Positions 1 to 9,056 of a stretch of 61,225 bases of DNA are shown piece by piece; within the stretch, counting starts at the first letter, position 1, and every line of letters starts with the position of its first letter. The stretch is taken from sequence record DRR378314_160; one strand, 5' to 3'. Made by a program: the position numbers and the translations under genes. The notes under the pieces were generated by a model. That model was not told the DNA's origin and made no database searches. It saw only the letters and a program-made list of their open reading frames with translations.

Positions 1-702
1 TTTGGGCACGATAAACAGGGAAATACCCTTGGTGCCTTCCGGAGCACCCGGCAGACGGGCCAGTACGATATGGACGATGTTCTCGGCCATGTCGTGCTCA
101 CCGGCGGAAATGAAGATTTTGGTACCGGTAATGCTATAGGTACCGTCCGCATTGGGCTCAGCTTTGGCACGCAGTGTGCCCAGGTCAGAACCACAGTGCG
201 GCTCGGTCAGGCACATGGTACCGGTCCACTCACCGCTGATCAGTTTGGTGAGATAGGTCTGCTTCTGTTCTTCGGTGCCGTGGGCTTCAATGGTGTTCGT
301 CGCGCCGTGGCTCAGGCCCGGGTACATCCCCCAGGACCAGTTGGCAGTACCCACCATCTCGCTCATTACGAGGCCGAGGGAGTGCGGCAGGCCCTGGCCG
401 CCATAGTTGGGGTCGGCTGTCATGGATGGCCAGCCGCCTTCGACGTACTGCTGGTAGGCTTCCTTGAAACCAGTCGGCGTCTTTACGCCGTCTTCGCTCC
501 AGGTACAGCCTTCCTGGTCGCCCACCTGGTTCAGCGGAGACAGCACCTGCTCACAGAATTTGGCACCTTCCCCGATGATGGCATCCACCATGTCCGGAGT
601 CGCATCATCAGCGCCTTCCAGATTGGCGTAGTGCTGCTCGCTGTCCAGCAGCTCGTTCATTACGAATTTAATATCACGCAGGGGCGCTTTGTAGTCAGGC
701 AT
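1..702 (-). CDS. Acyl-CoA dehydrogenase (long FadE-like class), 5' part; continues beyond the window start
   Basis: Manual translation from ATG at 702 (RBS GAGGTGG) gives MPDYKAPLRDIKFVMNELL...GGQGLP...WTGTMCLTEPHCGSDLG...ITGTKIFISAGEHD...GTKGISLFIVPK, which are hallmark ACAD motifs. The ORF track missed it because its stop lies outside the window. Confidence 0.93.
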   Translation of the reverse strand, partial: MPDYKAPLRDIKFVMNELLDSEQHYANLEGADDATPDMVDAIIGEGAKFCEQVLSPLNQVGDQEGCTWSEDGVKTPTGFKEAYQQYVEGGWPSMTADPNYGGQGLPHSLGLVMSEMVGTANWSWGMYPGLSHGATNTIEAHGTEEQKQTYLTKLISGEWTGTMCLTEPHCGSDLGTLRAKAEPNADGTYSITGTKIFISAGEHDMAENIVHIVLARLPGAPEGTKGISLFIVPK

Positions 703-801
703 GGAATCCACCTCAGATTTTCGGTCTCAGCTGCGAAACGGTCACAGCACTCAGCCTCGGGATTTACTCATACGCCCGGCAAAGGAAACCGGGCGCCAAT
801 A

Positions 802-845
802 AAACACTTGTTTGAAACATACGTTTAGAGGCACAGAATTGTCAA
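802..845 (-). promoter_or_regulatory. Sigma70-type promoter of the ACAD gene overlapped by tandem PsrA-like operators
   Basis: Minus strand TTGACA (845-840), 18 nt, TATGTT (821-816). Two AAAC-N4-GTTT palindromes (AAACACTTGTTTG 802-814; GAAACATACGTTT 814-826) resemble the PsrA consensus (G/C)AAAC-N2-4-GTTT(G/C). Confidence 0.65.
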
Positions 846-939
846 TAGGCGCAATCAAAATTTGTGTTGTGTTTTGTCTCGAATGGTTGCCAGAGCGTTG
901 CGCAGCCAGCAGACTTTCAGTCAATAAAGCAGATTGTTT

Positions 940-1608
940 TCAGGCGGTTGCCCGAAAGGAGGCAGATGCATCGGCGGTCACATCGTTGACCCCGATGCCG
1001 GAGATGACTTGGTAGGCACTCGCCGCTTCCCGCGACGGGTTTACATTGGCGTCTTCGCCCGCTTCGTCAGCGGACGTTTGGGATGTCTCAGACTCATCGG
1101 TGCGGCCAAGTTCGGAGGAACGCTCAGCCTGTGCCTGCAACATCAGTTGCATGGCCTCGGCGGCGACCGCCCGATCCTGAGAGGAGGGCTCCGCCGGTGC
1201 CAGCGCAGCCGCCCTGACCACACGCATCTTATCGATGGTTGCCTCGGGATCTCCCTGCACTGGCGCGGTATCGATGGAAACCTCGCCACCGACGGCATAC
1301 TGCGCACCATCCGGACCGCGCTCAAAAACGTAGGAAATGGAACCCGCGTATTGGCCGCCCACCGATTGGTGGGCGGCCTCGTGGGCACGAACCTCTCGGT
1401 CGCGCGCTTTCAATTCCGTGAGCTGCTTCAGTTCCGCCTCATCCAGCCCCTGGACGTTGTCGGCATTCGAGCGCTGCGCTCGGACAGGATCCTTCTCTGC
1501 TGCAGCGGCATCAGCGGATTGGCTGGAATTCGGCACGGCACCACGCACCCCACTTGAGGGCTGGGGTGAGGCGGGGGACATTGACGGAAAGGAGCCCGAA
1601 ATCATCAT
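940..1608 (-). CDS. SprA-related family protein (putative metalloprotease, CJM1_0395-like)
   Basis: Conserved core ELKARDREVRAHEAAH...GPDG..YAVGGEVSID...AALAPAEPSSQDRAVA flanked by low-complexity termini; contains HExxH. Confidence 0.8.
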   Translation of the reverse strand: MMISGSFPSMSPASPQPSSGVRGAVPNSSQSADAAAAEKDPVRAQRSNADNVQGLDEAELKQLTELKARDREVRAHEAAHQSVGGQYAGSISYVFERGPDGAQYAVGGEVSIDTAPVQGDPEATIDKMRVVRAAALAPAEPSSQDRAVAAEAMQLMLQAQAERSSELGRTDESETSQTSADEAGEDANVNPSREAASAYQVISGIGVNDVTADASASFRATA

Positions 1609-1659
1609 GTCAGTAGACTGGTCGTCAAATCAAAAGGGCCAGGTCAGCCCTGAGGGCGT

Positions 1660-1905
1660 TCAGGCCTTGATATCCAAAAGCGTGCCCAATGTTTCATCCG
1701 CGGTCTTTACAACCTGAGCCGAGGCTTCAACACTGCGCTCATAAAGCTTGAGGTCTATGATGGGCTCCACGAGACCACCGGCACCTTCAGCTGTACCTTG
1801 TGGTCCATCAACACCGCCACGGGCGATCCTGCGGGCAGCATTCTCCATGCCTTGCATGCCGTCCTGAATGCCCTGGATACCAATTCCCAATGTATTATTG
1901 ATCAT
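1660..1905 (-). CDS. Small flagellar basal-body rod/hook-like protein (terminal D0 helices only), 81 aa
   Basis: MINNTLGIGIQGIQDGMQGMENAARRIA... and ...LVEPIIDLKLYERSVEASAQVVKTADETLGTLLDIKA resemble the N- and C-terminal motifs of rod/hook proteins. ATG at 1905 is preferred over the upstream start at 1950. Confidence 0.7.
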   Translation of the reverse strand: MINNTLGIGIQGIQDGMQGMENAARRIARGGVDGPQGTAEGAGGLVEPIIDLKLYERSVEASAQVVKTADETLGTLLDIKA

Positions 1906-1956
1906 AACCGCATAGCCCAGTGACCATATATTGACACCAGTAGGCCACAATTCTGG

Positions 1957-2649
1957 TCAATTTTCAAACAAAACGGTGACGTCCAGAGCTTTGCCCAGCT
2001 CTCTTGGATCCGCACGCTCCTGCCATGGCAAAACACCCAGGCACGGTGCGGGCACGCTTCGAAGCAGGTAATCAAGGGTTTCCTGCTCACAGGACATGGC
2101 CGTCGGGTCTGGCCGATTGGCTACCCAACCTGCAATCGGCAATCCATCGCGACGGATAGCTTCAGCGGTCAACAATGCATGATTGATACAGCCTAGCTTA
2201 AGCGGCACCACCATGATGACAGGCATGCCCAGGGCAACGGGCATGGCGGCATAGGTTTCACGATCATTGAGCGGTACCCGCCAGCCCCCGGCCCCCTCCA
2301 CCAACAGCAAATCGGCTGGACGCATCTGCAGACCACGACAGAATCCGACCAGTCGCTCCGCTGTAAGGTGTCGCCCCGCCTGGGCAGCAGCCACATGGGG
2401 CGCGATGGCGGGCTGCAAGGCCACCGGATTCACCTGGTCGTAGGGCAATACTTCCGACATGGCCTCCATGAGTATCAGGGCGTCTTCGTTGCGCAACCCC
2501 TCCGGCGTTTCGTCGCAACCGGAAGCCACCGGCTTCATGGCCAGCGTCTTTTTTCCCAGCGCTTTTGCCGCCTCCAGAATCGCGGCGGACACCAGCGTTT
2601 TTCCCACACCGGTATCGGTGCCCGTTACGAAGTAACTTTTCCTGGCCAT
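1957..2649 (-). CDS. bioD: Dethiobiotin synthase
   Basis: FVTGTDTGVGKT P-loop, KPVASG, VEGAGG, LGCINHA; last gene of the bio operon. Confidence 0.97.
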   Translation of the reverse strand: MARKSYFVTGTDTGVGKTLVSAAILEAAKALGKKTLAMKPVASGCDETPEGLRNEDALILMEAMSEVLPYDQVNPVALQPAIAPHVAAAQAGRHLTAERLVGFCRGLQMRPADLLLVEGAGGWRVPLNDRETYAAMPVALGMPVIMVVPLKLGCINHALLTAEAIRRDGLPIAGWVANRPDPTAMSCEQETLDYLLRSVPAPCLGVLPWQERADPRELGKALDVTVLFEN

Positions 2650-2668
2650 CGATTCATGAATCCCGATA

Positions 2669-3493
2669 TCAGTCCGGCAGGCGGCAACTCAGCCACGCCG
2701 CCTGGTAAGTTGCATGTATGTTCCCATCCGCGTCTCGCGGGTAATGACGGCACATCGCTCGCAAGCGACCCGGCGCCGTTACACTTTGGCGCCGCGATGT
2801 CCCCTTGAAGCCGGCGCCGATGGCCTTGAGTTCCGACAGCAGGGCAAGCGGTGACGGATAGTCCAGTGAAATCGTCTCGGTGACAAGATCCGGTGTCGGG
2901 AGTGTGTCAAAGGCCTGCTGGTGGAAACGCGCCTCGGGTTCAAAACGGTTCACGTGCTCATGGCTGGGGTCGGCCCGATGCCAAGCCTCCCGAAGTTCAT
3001 CAAGCGTGCCCTCCAGCAAGGTCGACACCAGCAGCCGACCGCCAGGCCGGAGAACCCGGCGGCACTCCGATAGCACGGTGGCCGGGTCGCGGCACCACTG
3101 GATCATCAGATTGCTGAAGACCACATCCATACTGTTGTCCGGCAATGGCAGCGCCTCGGCATCCGCCACCAGCCATCGAATGCCCGCCGGGTTGACCGAA
3201 CGGGCGTAGCGCAGCATTCCCGCCGCAATATCCACGCCTGTCACCCGACTACCCGGTAGACTCGCCAACTGAGCGGTGAACCATCCGGTACCACTCCCAA
3301 GGTCCAGCACCTGAAGCCCATCTCCCGGCTCGGCCTCTATCACCTCTTCTTTCAGGGAATCAAGCATGACCTGGCCCATATAGCGCTGCAGCCTGGCCGC
3401 CGGATCATAGGTGCCTGATGCAGCCCCGAAATCCCGGGCAATCGTCGCCTTGCCGGGAACCCATGCGTGAACGTCTGACATTACAGTTGCCAC
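2669..3493 (-). CDS. bioC: Malonyl-ACP O-methyltransferase
   Basis: SAM motif VLDLGSGTG, DAEALP, FSNLMIQW; operon position. Confidence 0.92.
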   Translation of the reverse strand: MATVMSDVHAWVPGKATIARDFGAASGTYDPAARLQRYMGQVMLDSLKEEVIEAEPGDGLQVLDLGSGTGWFTAQLASLPGSRVTGVDIAAGMLRYARSVNPAGIRWLVADAEALPLPDNSMDVVFSNLMIQWCRDPATVLSECRRVLRPGGRLLVSTLLEGTLDELREAWHRADPSHEHVNRFEPEARFHQQAFDTLPTPDLVTETISLDYPSPLALLSELKAIGAGFKGTSRRQSVTAPGRLRAMCRHYPRDADGNIHATYQAAWLSCRLPD

Positions 3494-4233
3494 TGCCGCT
3501 CCTCACCGAAGACAAAGCCATGGACCGCCGCTCGACAGGATGCGACCGCTGCGCCACGTGGCCAGTGGGTCATCCTGGGCACGGCAACCACCTCAGCGGA
3601 TTGTGACGGATGAAAGGTGCCCTCCCAGCATCTGACGACCACATCACTGCCGGCCTGAATATGGAGCGCTTGCACAGGCAACGTACTCCAAAGCAAACGC
3701 TGGTCTTCACGGCCCAACCAATCGAGCCCACGAACCAGGTTCGCGTCGCTGACCGAAGGCCCTCGATCGAGCCACGGGCGAAGTTCCCGCCGAGCCTGCG
3801 ACGGGTCATGACTGTCATGGATCAACAGGCGCTGAAAGCGTTTCCACGCGTGACCGGGATTTCCTGACACCTCGTCCCGGAAAGCGTTAAAGGTCTTTTC
3901 GGCCATGCCTTCAGGCCATTTACGGTCCGCCATAAAACGGGGGAAGCCCGCCAGGGTGATAGCCCGGCGAACCTGTGAGCCACCTTGAGCCGCCGCCGCC
4001 ATCACCACCTGTGAACCCTGGGACCACCCCGCCCAGACGGCTGGGCACGGATAACGAATCAGCAGGTGCTCTGAAACGTCCTGGACCGAGTGGCAGCGGG
4101 ACATCAGAGCGTCATTCAACGACACCAGATGAATCTCTCCCGGCCAGCGATCAAACACCGGAAGCAGCATGGCGGCGTCGACGCCCCAGCCACCCACAAC
4201 CACCAGCGGCAGTCCTCGCGCCACAGTGTTCAT
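3481..4233 (-). CDS. bioH: Pimeloyl-ACP methyl ester carboxylesterase (BioH-like alpha/beta hydrolase)
   Basis: GWG motif, nucleophile elbow GWSQG, PRF..W; lies between bioF and bioC; the ATG at 4233 overlaps the bioF stop (ATGA). Confidence 0.82.
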   Translation of the reverse strand: MNTVARGLPLVVVGGWGVDAAMLLPVFDRWPGEIHLVSLNDALMSRCHSVQDVSEHLLIRYPCPAVWAGWSQGSQVVMAAAAQGGSQVRRAITLAGFPRFMADRKWPEGMAEKTFNAFRDEVSGNPGHAWKRFQRLLIHDSHDPSQARRELRPWLDRGPSVSDANLVRGLDWLGREDQRLLWSTLPVQALHIQAGSDVVVRCWEGTFHPSQSAEVVAVPRMTHWPRGAAVASCRAAVHGFVFGEERQWQL

Positions 4234-5408
4234 ACAACCGCTGCAGCCTGCGTTTTCAGGAGCGGGCGGCAGTCTGCCAATGCAGACAGCAGCCTTGCCA
4301 GATCGTCTGACGAATGTGCCGCGCTGAAGGTCACCCTCAAACGAGCTTCGCCGTCCGGCACAGTCGGCGGCCTGATGGCCGTCACCATCAGACCCTTCTC
4401 TTCCAAAGCCTTGCTCAGTGCAAGGGCCGCCCAATTATCTCCCACCACGATGGGCTGTATGGGCGTGCGGGAGGGCATCAACGTATACCCCAATGCCGAC
4501 GCCTCCCGGCGAAAATCCCTGATCAGCATCCCCAGGTGACTGCGCCGGCTCTCTTCCCGTTCGATCAGATCAAGGCTGGCACAGGTGGCCAACGCGATCG
4601 CCGGCGGCATGGCAGTGGTGTAGATGTAGGTGCGGGCTTTTTGTATCAGGTAATCCACCAACAGTTGAGGGCCAGCGACAAAGGCGCCACTGGTGCCCAC
4701 CGCTTTGCCAAGGGTACCAATCAGCAGGGGCACATCCTCTTCAGACAACCCCAGTTCCAGCAGGCTTCCTCGCCCCTGAGGCCCCAGTACACCCAGACCA
4801 TGAGCGTCGTCCACCACCAGGAGGGCATCGTGCGCCCGGCACAATGCCGCCAACTCCCTTAAAGGCGCGACGTCTCCGTCCATGCTGAAAACGCCGTCTG
4901 TTACTACCAGTTTGTGGCCATTGGTGGCGGCAAGCATGTCAGACAGGGCCCCCATATCAGCATGGGGATAACGCCGCACCCTGGCGCGGCTGAGGATACA
5001 ACCGTCAATAATGGAGGCGTGGTTGAGGCGGTCGGAGAAAATGGTATCGCCACGGCCTGCCAGCGCCGAAATGACGCCCATGTTGGCCATGTAGCCTGTT
5101 GAGAAGAACAACGCCGAGCTACGCTGGGTGAAATCCGCCAACCGCAGTTCCAGTTGATGATGGGCGTCGTGGTGACCGCATATCAGGTGTGACGCGGCGC
5201 CGCCAAACCCCGTGTGGGGCATGGCGTCGGTGGCGGCGCGGATAATCTCTGGGCGGTTTGCCAGCCCCAGGTAATCATTACTGCAGAATGACAGCAACGG
5301 CACGCCATCAGACACCAGGGCCGGCTGCTGCGGCCCGCTGATCTGACGGCGGGTACGGTAAAGCCCGGCCTGCTTCCGCTCTTCAAGCTCGGCTGCGAAA
5401 TCACGCAT
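4230..5408 (-). CDS. bioF: 8-amino-7-oxononanoate synthase
   Basis: FCSNDYLGL, NHASIIDG, DGVFSMDGD, DDAHG, GTLGKA (PLP lysine), AIRPPTVP. Confidence 0.97.
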   Translation of the reverse strand: MRDFAAELEERKQAGLYRTRRQISGPQQPALVSDGVPLLSFCSNDYLGLANRPEIIRAATDAMPHTGFGGAASHLICGHHDAHHQLELRLADFTQRSSALFFSTGYMANMGVISALAGRGDTIFSDRLNHASIIDGCILSRARVRRYPHADMGALSDMLAATNGHKLVVTDGVFSMDGDVAPLRELAALCRAHDALLVVDDAHGLGVLGPQGRGSLLELGLSEEDVPLLIGTLGKAVGTSGAFVAGPQLLVDYLIQKARTYIYTTAMPPAIALATCASLDLIEREESRRSHLGMLIRDFRREASALGYTLMPSRTPIQPIVVGDNWAALALSKALEEKGLMVTAIRPPTVPDGEARLRVTFSAAHSSDDLARLLSALADCRPLLKTQAAAVV

Positions 5409-5436
5409 GGTCAGCTCTCACAGACGTATTGCCTGC

Positions 5437-6519
5437 CTATGCAGACTCACGGGTGGCGTCGTAGAACATGTGGCGGGTCTGTTCGTACTCAACAGCCTCG
5501 ACAATCGCTTCTTCGGCTTCATGCTCGGTACAGGACTGCTCACGCTCCTCCGGGCGAATACCCAAGCGCTTGAACAGTTCACGGTCCGCATCCGCCTCGG
5601 GGTTGGCGGTGGTCAGCAGTTTCTCGCCGTAGAAAATCGAGTTCGCCCCCGCCAGGAAACACATGGACTGCATCTGCTCGTTCATGTTCTCCCGCCCGGC
5701 AGACAGCCGCACGTGTGACGCCGGCATCATAATGCGGGCAACGGCAATGGTGCGGATAAAGTCGAACGGATCCAAATCTTCCACATCTTCCATCGGTGTA
5801 CCCGCCACCTTCACCAGCATGTTTACCGGCACACTTTCCGGGTGGTGCGGCAGGTTTGCCAACTGAACCAGAAGGCCAACACGGTCGTCCGGATCTTCGC
5901 CCATGCCCACGATGCCGCCACAGCATACTTTCATGCCGGCATTGCGGACGTTCTCGAGGGTGTCGAGTCGATCCTGATAGGTACGGGTGGTAATGATGTG
6001 GCTGTAGTATTTCTCGGACGTATCCAAGTTGTGGTTGTAGTAATCCAGCCCGGCCTCTGCCAACTCGTCCGCCTGCTCCTGCTCAAGCATGCCGAGCGTC
6101 ATGCAGGTCTCCAAACCCAGTGATTTTACCTGGCGCACCATATCCACTACATATTCCATGTTCTTCTTCGAGGGGCTGCGCCAAGCGGCGCCCATGCAGA
6201 AACGGGACGCACCCTTTGCCTTGGCCGCTTTAGCCTCTGCAACCACCTTCTCGATTTCCAGCAACTTTTCCTTTTCCAGGCCGGTGTTGTAATGACCGCT
6301 TTGGGGACAGTATTTACAATCTTCCGGGCAAGCACCGGTCTTGATGGATAGCAGCGTGCTGATCTGCACCTCATTCGGGTCGAAATGCTCCCGATGAACG
6401 CTCTGAGCCCGGAACATTAAGTCGTTGAAGGGCAGCTCGAACAACGCGCGGGCTTCCTGCATGGTCCAATCGTGGCGAGGCCCAACAGAGGGTGCCTTGG
6501 AGAGTTCGGTGGCAGTCAT
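5437..6519 (-). CDS. bioB: Biotin synthase
   Basis: Radical [31 protein letters not shown]. Confidence 0.98.
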   Translation of the reverse strand: MTATELSKAPSVGPRHDWTMQEARALFELPFNDLMFRAQSVHREHFDPNEVQISTLLSIKTGACPEDCKYCPQSGHYNTGLEKEKLLEIEKVVAEAKAAKAKGASRFCMGAAWRSPSKKNMEYVVDMVRQVKSLGLETCMTLGMLEQEQADELAEAGLDYYNHNLDTSEKYYSHIITTRTYQDRLDTLENVRNAGMKVCCGGIVGMGEDPDDRVGLLVQLANLPHHPESVPVNMLVKVAGTPMEDVEDLDPFDFIRTIAVARIMMPASHVRLSAGRENMNEQMQSMCFLAGANSIFYGEKLLTTANPEADADRELFKRLGIRPEEREQSCTEHEAEEAIVEAVEYEQTRHMFYDATRESA

Positions 6520-6529
6520 GATTCAGTCC

Positions 6530-6620
6530 TGTTAACTTTACCGGGATTCTGGTTTACGGATTGAACAGATGATAAAGGGACTGATATCGCTGTCAACCTT
6601 GATAACACCAAAGGTTAACG
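6530..6620. promoter_or_regulatory. bioB promoter with two BirA-like operators
   Basis: TGTCAACC-N14-GGTTAACG (6591-6620) and TGTTAACT-N13-GGTTTACG (6530-6558) resemble the proteobacterial BirA box TGTAAACC-N14-16-GGTTTACA. Minus-strand TTGACA (6596-6591), 16 nt, TATCAT (6574-6569). Confidence 0.75.
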
Positions 6621-7348
6621 GCAAGGCATGGATTCCATACCTGAAAAACAGCGTCAAACGCCTGATTCCGCTAGGCGGAGGGAATTGCGTGGTCTGCCTC
6701 GGGCCACACGCACACTATGGGCTCTGTGCCCCCTGTCGCCGGGACCTGCCCGCCAACCACAGTCGCTGCCGTTGCTGCGCATTACCCCTCGCCTACGTCG
6801 GCAACAAGGTTATCTGCGGTCAATGCCTGACAGACCCTCCGCCCTTTACCCATGTCGTCGCCCCCTGGCGCTACCGCTTTCCGGTTGACGGCATGATCCA
6901 GCGTTACAAATACAGTGGCCAACGCGCCTACGCCCGACCGTTGATCCATGACCTGACAAATCACCTGGAATCCATGCTGACCACCAACCCGGAACACAGG
7001 CCGGACCTGTTGTTGGCCAGCCCGATGCACCCTGCCCGTCGACGCAAGCGAGGTTTCAACCAGGCGGCGGATCTCGCCGAACACATTAGCCGCCAATCCG
7101 GGATCCCCTGGAGCACGGACCTTGTCGTCAGAAACAGGCGTACCCGACCTCAAAGGGGGCTCAGCCGCGACGAGCGACTGGCCAACCTGCGCGGCATTTA
7201 CCGGGTGACCCGTTCTCCACCAGCGCGCATTGCGATCGTCGACGATGTAGTCACCACCGGTGCCACGGCACGCAGTCTCACGGAAGCACTACTCGACGCT
7301 GGCGCGAAGGATATTCAGATATGGGCACTGGCGAGAACTCCCGGGTAA
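6569..7348 (+). CDS. comF: ComF/GntX family protein (double zinc ribbon plus phosphoribosyltransferase domain)
   Basis: Four CxxC pairs, RGFNQA, IVDDVVTTGAT; divergent from bioB as in many gammaproteobacteria. Start codon uncertain. Confidence 0.88.
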   Translation: MIKGLISLSTLITPKVNGKAWIPYLKNSVKRLIPLGGGNCVVCLGPHAHYGLCAPCRRDLPANHSRCRCCALPLAYVGNKVICGQCLTDPPPFTHVVAPWRYRFPVDGMIQRYKYSGQRAYARPLIHDLTNHLESMLTTNPEHRPDLLLASPMHPARRRKRGFNQAADLAEHISRQSGIPWSTDLVVRNRRTRPQRGLSRDERLANLRGIYRVTRSPPARIAIVDDVVTTGATARSLTEALLDAGAKDIQIWALARTPG

Positions 7349-7363
7349 CCGCCGGTCAGCCTA

Positions 7364-8485
7364 TCAATCCCCCAACTGCTCAGCCACTTCATCCGCTATG
7401 GCCAAAGAAGCCGTTAACCCCGGCGACTCGATACCAAACAGGTGCACCAGCCCGGGAACACCGTGCTGGCCCTCTCCGACAATACGGAAATCCGCAAACC
7501 CGCCTTCAGGGCCAACCAGTTTGGGACGAATACCCGCATAGGCGGGTTGAAGGCGGGATTCGTCCAGTGCGGGCCACCAGCGGCGTATACTCTCGGCAAA
7601 CGACCGTGCGCGATCAGCATCCACTGAAAAATCCACCCGGTCTATCCATTCAACATCCGGCCCGAATCGGGCTTGTCCGGCCAGATCCAGAGTCAGGTGA
7701 ACCCCCAGCCCACCGGGCTCCGGGACTGGATAGATCAATGAACGGAAGGGGTGGCGGCCGGCATAGCTGAAATAGACACCACGAGCCAGCCATAGTCGGG
7801 GCACCAGAGCTCCCGGCACGCCCTCCCAGCAGGTCGCCAGTGACACGGCTCCCAGGCCGGCAGCGTTGACCACCTGCCGCGCCCGGAGCTCGCAGGGTGC
7901 CTGCCCGCCAACCCACAACCGATGCTGGCCATCACGGGTTTCCGCGAGCTCTACGGGCGCCTGCCGGACCAGTTGACCACCGTGCTCCTCCAACTCGCCC
8001 AGCAGCGACAGCATCAGGCCATGACTATCCACAATGCCGGTTTCCGTTGAGTAAAGCGCCTCCTCTGCGACAACATCGGGCAGTGACGCCTGCAAGATTC
8101 TGCGACCCACCCTCTGCAGGGGGACATCGTTCCGCCGAGCCTGGCTGGCGATGCTATCGAGCTTTTCCAACTGCGGCACACCATTCGCAACGATCCACTT
8201 ACCGGCCTTGTGGTGCCCGATACCACGGGACTGGCAATACTCGTACAACATCCGCCGGCCACGAATACACAGCCTTGCTTTCAGAGAGTCCTCTGGATAG
8301 TAGAGACCGGCGTGAATAACCTCACTGTTGCGGGAGGACAGGCCCTCGCCAAAGTGGGTGCCTGATTCCAACACCAGTACTTCCCTACCTCGCATGGCCA
8401 GCGCCCTGGCCACCGCGAGCCCCACAACACCGGCGCCGATCACCACGGTATCTGCCTGCAATAGGTCCTGGTCTGTCGTCCGCAT
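7364..8485 (-). CDS. FAD-dependent oxidoreductase, L-2-hydroxyglutarate oxidase (LhgO/L2HGDH)-like
   Basis: VIGAGVVG dinucleotide motif, SSRNSEVIHAGLYY, GLGVHLT, FGPDVE, GIESPGLT. Start may be 8485 or up to 8527. Confidence 0.85.
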   Translation of the reverse strand: MRTTDQDLLQADTVVIGAGVVGLAVARALAMRGREVLVLESGTHFGEGLSSRNSEVIHAGLYYPEDSLKARLCIRGRRMLYEYCQSRGIGHHKAGKWIVANGVPQLEKLDSIASQARRNDVPLQRVGRRILQASLPDVVAEEALYSTETGIVDSHGLMLSLLGELEEHGGQLVRQAPVELAETRDGQHRLWVGGQAPCELRARQVVNAAGLGAVSLATCWEGVPGALVPRLWLARGVYFSYAGRHPFRSLIYPVPEPGGLGVHLTLDLAGQARFGPDVEWIDRVDFSVDADRARSFAESIRRWWPALDESRLQPAYAGIRPKLVGPEGGFADFRIVGEGQHGVPGLVHLFGIESPGLTASLAIADEVAEQLGD

Positions 8486-8624
8486 TGAACTCACCCGTGT
8501 CGTCTTACGATCATTGGTCAGCATCACCGACGCGTTCAGTGGTTAAAATGCCCGAATCGCATTACGGTGCCGCTCTCGAAACGTTATACTTGCCCGTGAA
8601 TTGAGTGCACGGAGCAGGGAACCG

Positions 8625-9047
8625 ATGTCTGACAGGAAGCAGTTTATTATTGTAATGCTGGTGGCGGCCATATTTGTCGGCTGGCTTGGTTGGCGCGGCT
8701 TCGAAGTCATCAGCCTCAACCAGGCACTCAAAGACGATGACATGGTGGCCAACTACCCCTATCAGCATCGGGTTCTCAGGGTCGAAGGTGGTACCGCCAT
8801 CATGAGTTCGCTGCGCTCCCATGAAACATCGACTCAGGAAGCCCTCGCCACCATTTTCCCGAGCATGCTCAACCTGGGGGATGCCGATCGCGACTGGCAA
8901 CGAGCCGAACGTGAGCTGGCCCAGGTCCAGGCCAAGGCCGGCAACATTGTCCTCAGCGACTCCGGTATCGATCGGGTGCGCTGGGAACTGGACGAAAACT
9001 GGTATCACCTGGCCAACATGAAGTCCCAACAGAATTCGAGACACTAA
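8625..9047 (+). CDS. Hypothetical protein with one N-terminal transmembrane helix
   Basis: ATG at 8625 after a purine-rich RBS-like sequence; hydrophobic FIIVMLVAAIFVGWLGW; ends 9 nt before srkA. Confidence 0.75.
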   Translation: MSDRKQFIIVMLVAAIFVGWLGWRGFEVISLNQALKDDDMVANYPYQHRVLRVEGGTAIMSSLRSHETSTQEALATIFPSMLNLGDADRDWQRAERELAQVQAKAGNIVLSDSGIDRVRWELDENWYHLANMKSQQNSRH

Positions 9048-9056
9048 ACCTTATTT

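Noticed and set aside
70..828. 252-aa plus-strand ORF
   Set aside because: It is the antisense shadow of the acyl-CoA dehydrogenase on the minus strand.
3481..4434. N-terminal extensions in the ORF track for bioH, and likewise for cmoA, hfq, miaA, amiB, efp, parE and the S8 protease
   Set aside because: They are artefacts of longest-ORF calling; downstream starts fit RBS position, gene overlaps and family N-termini better.
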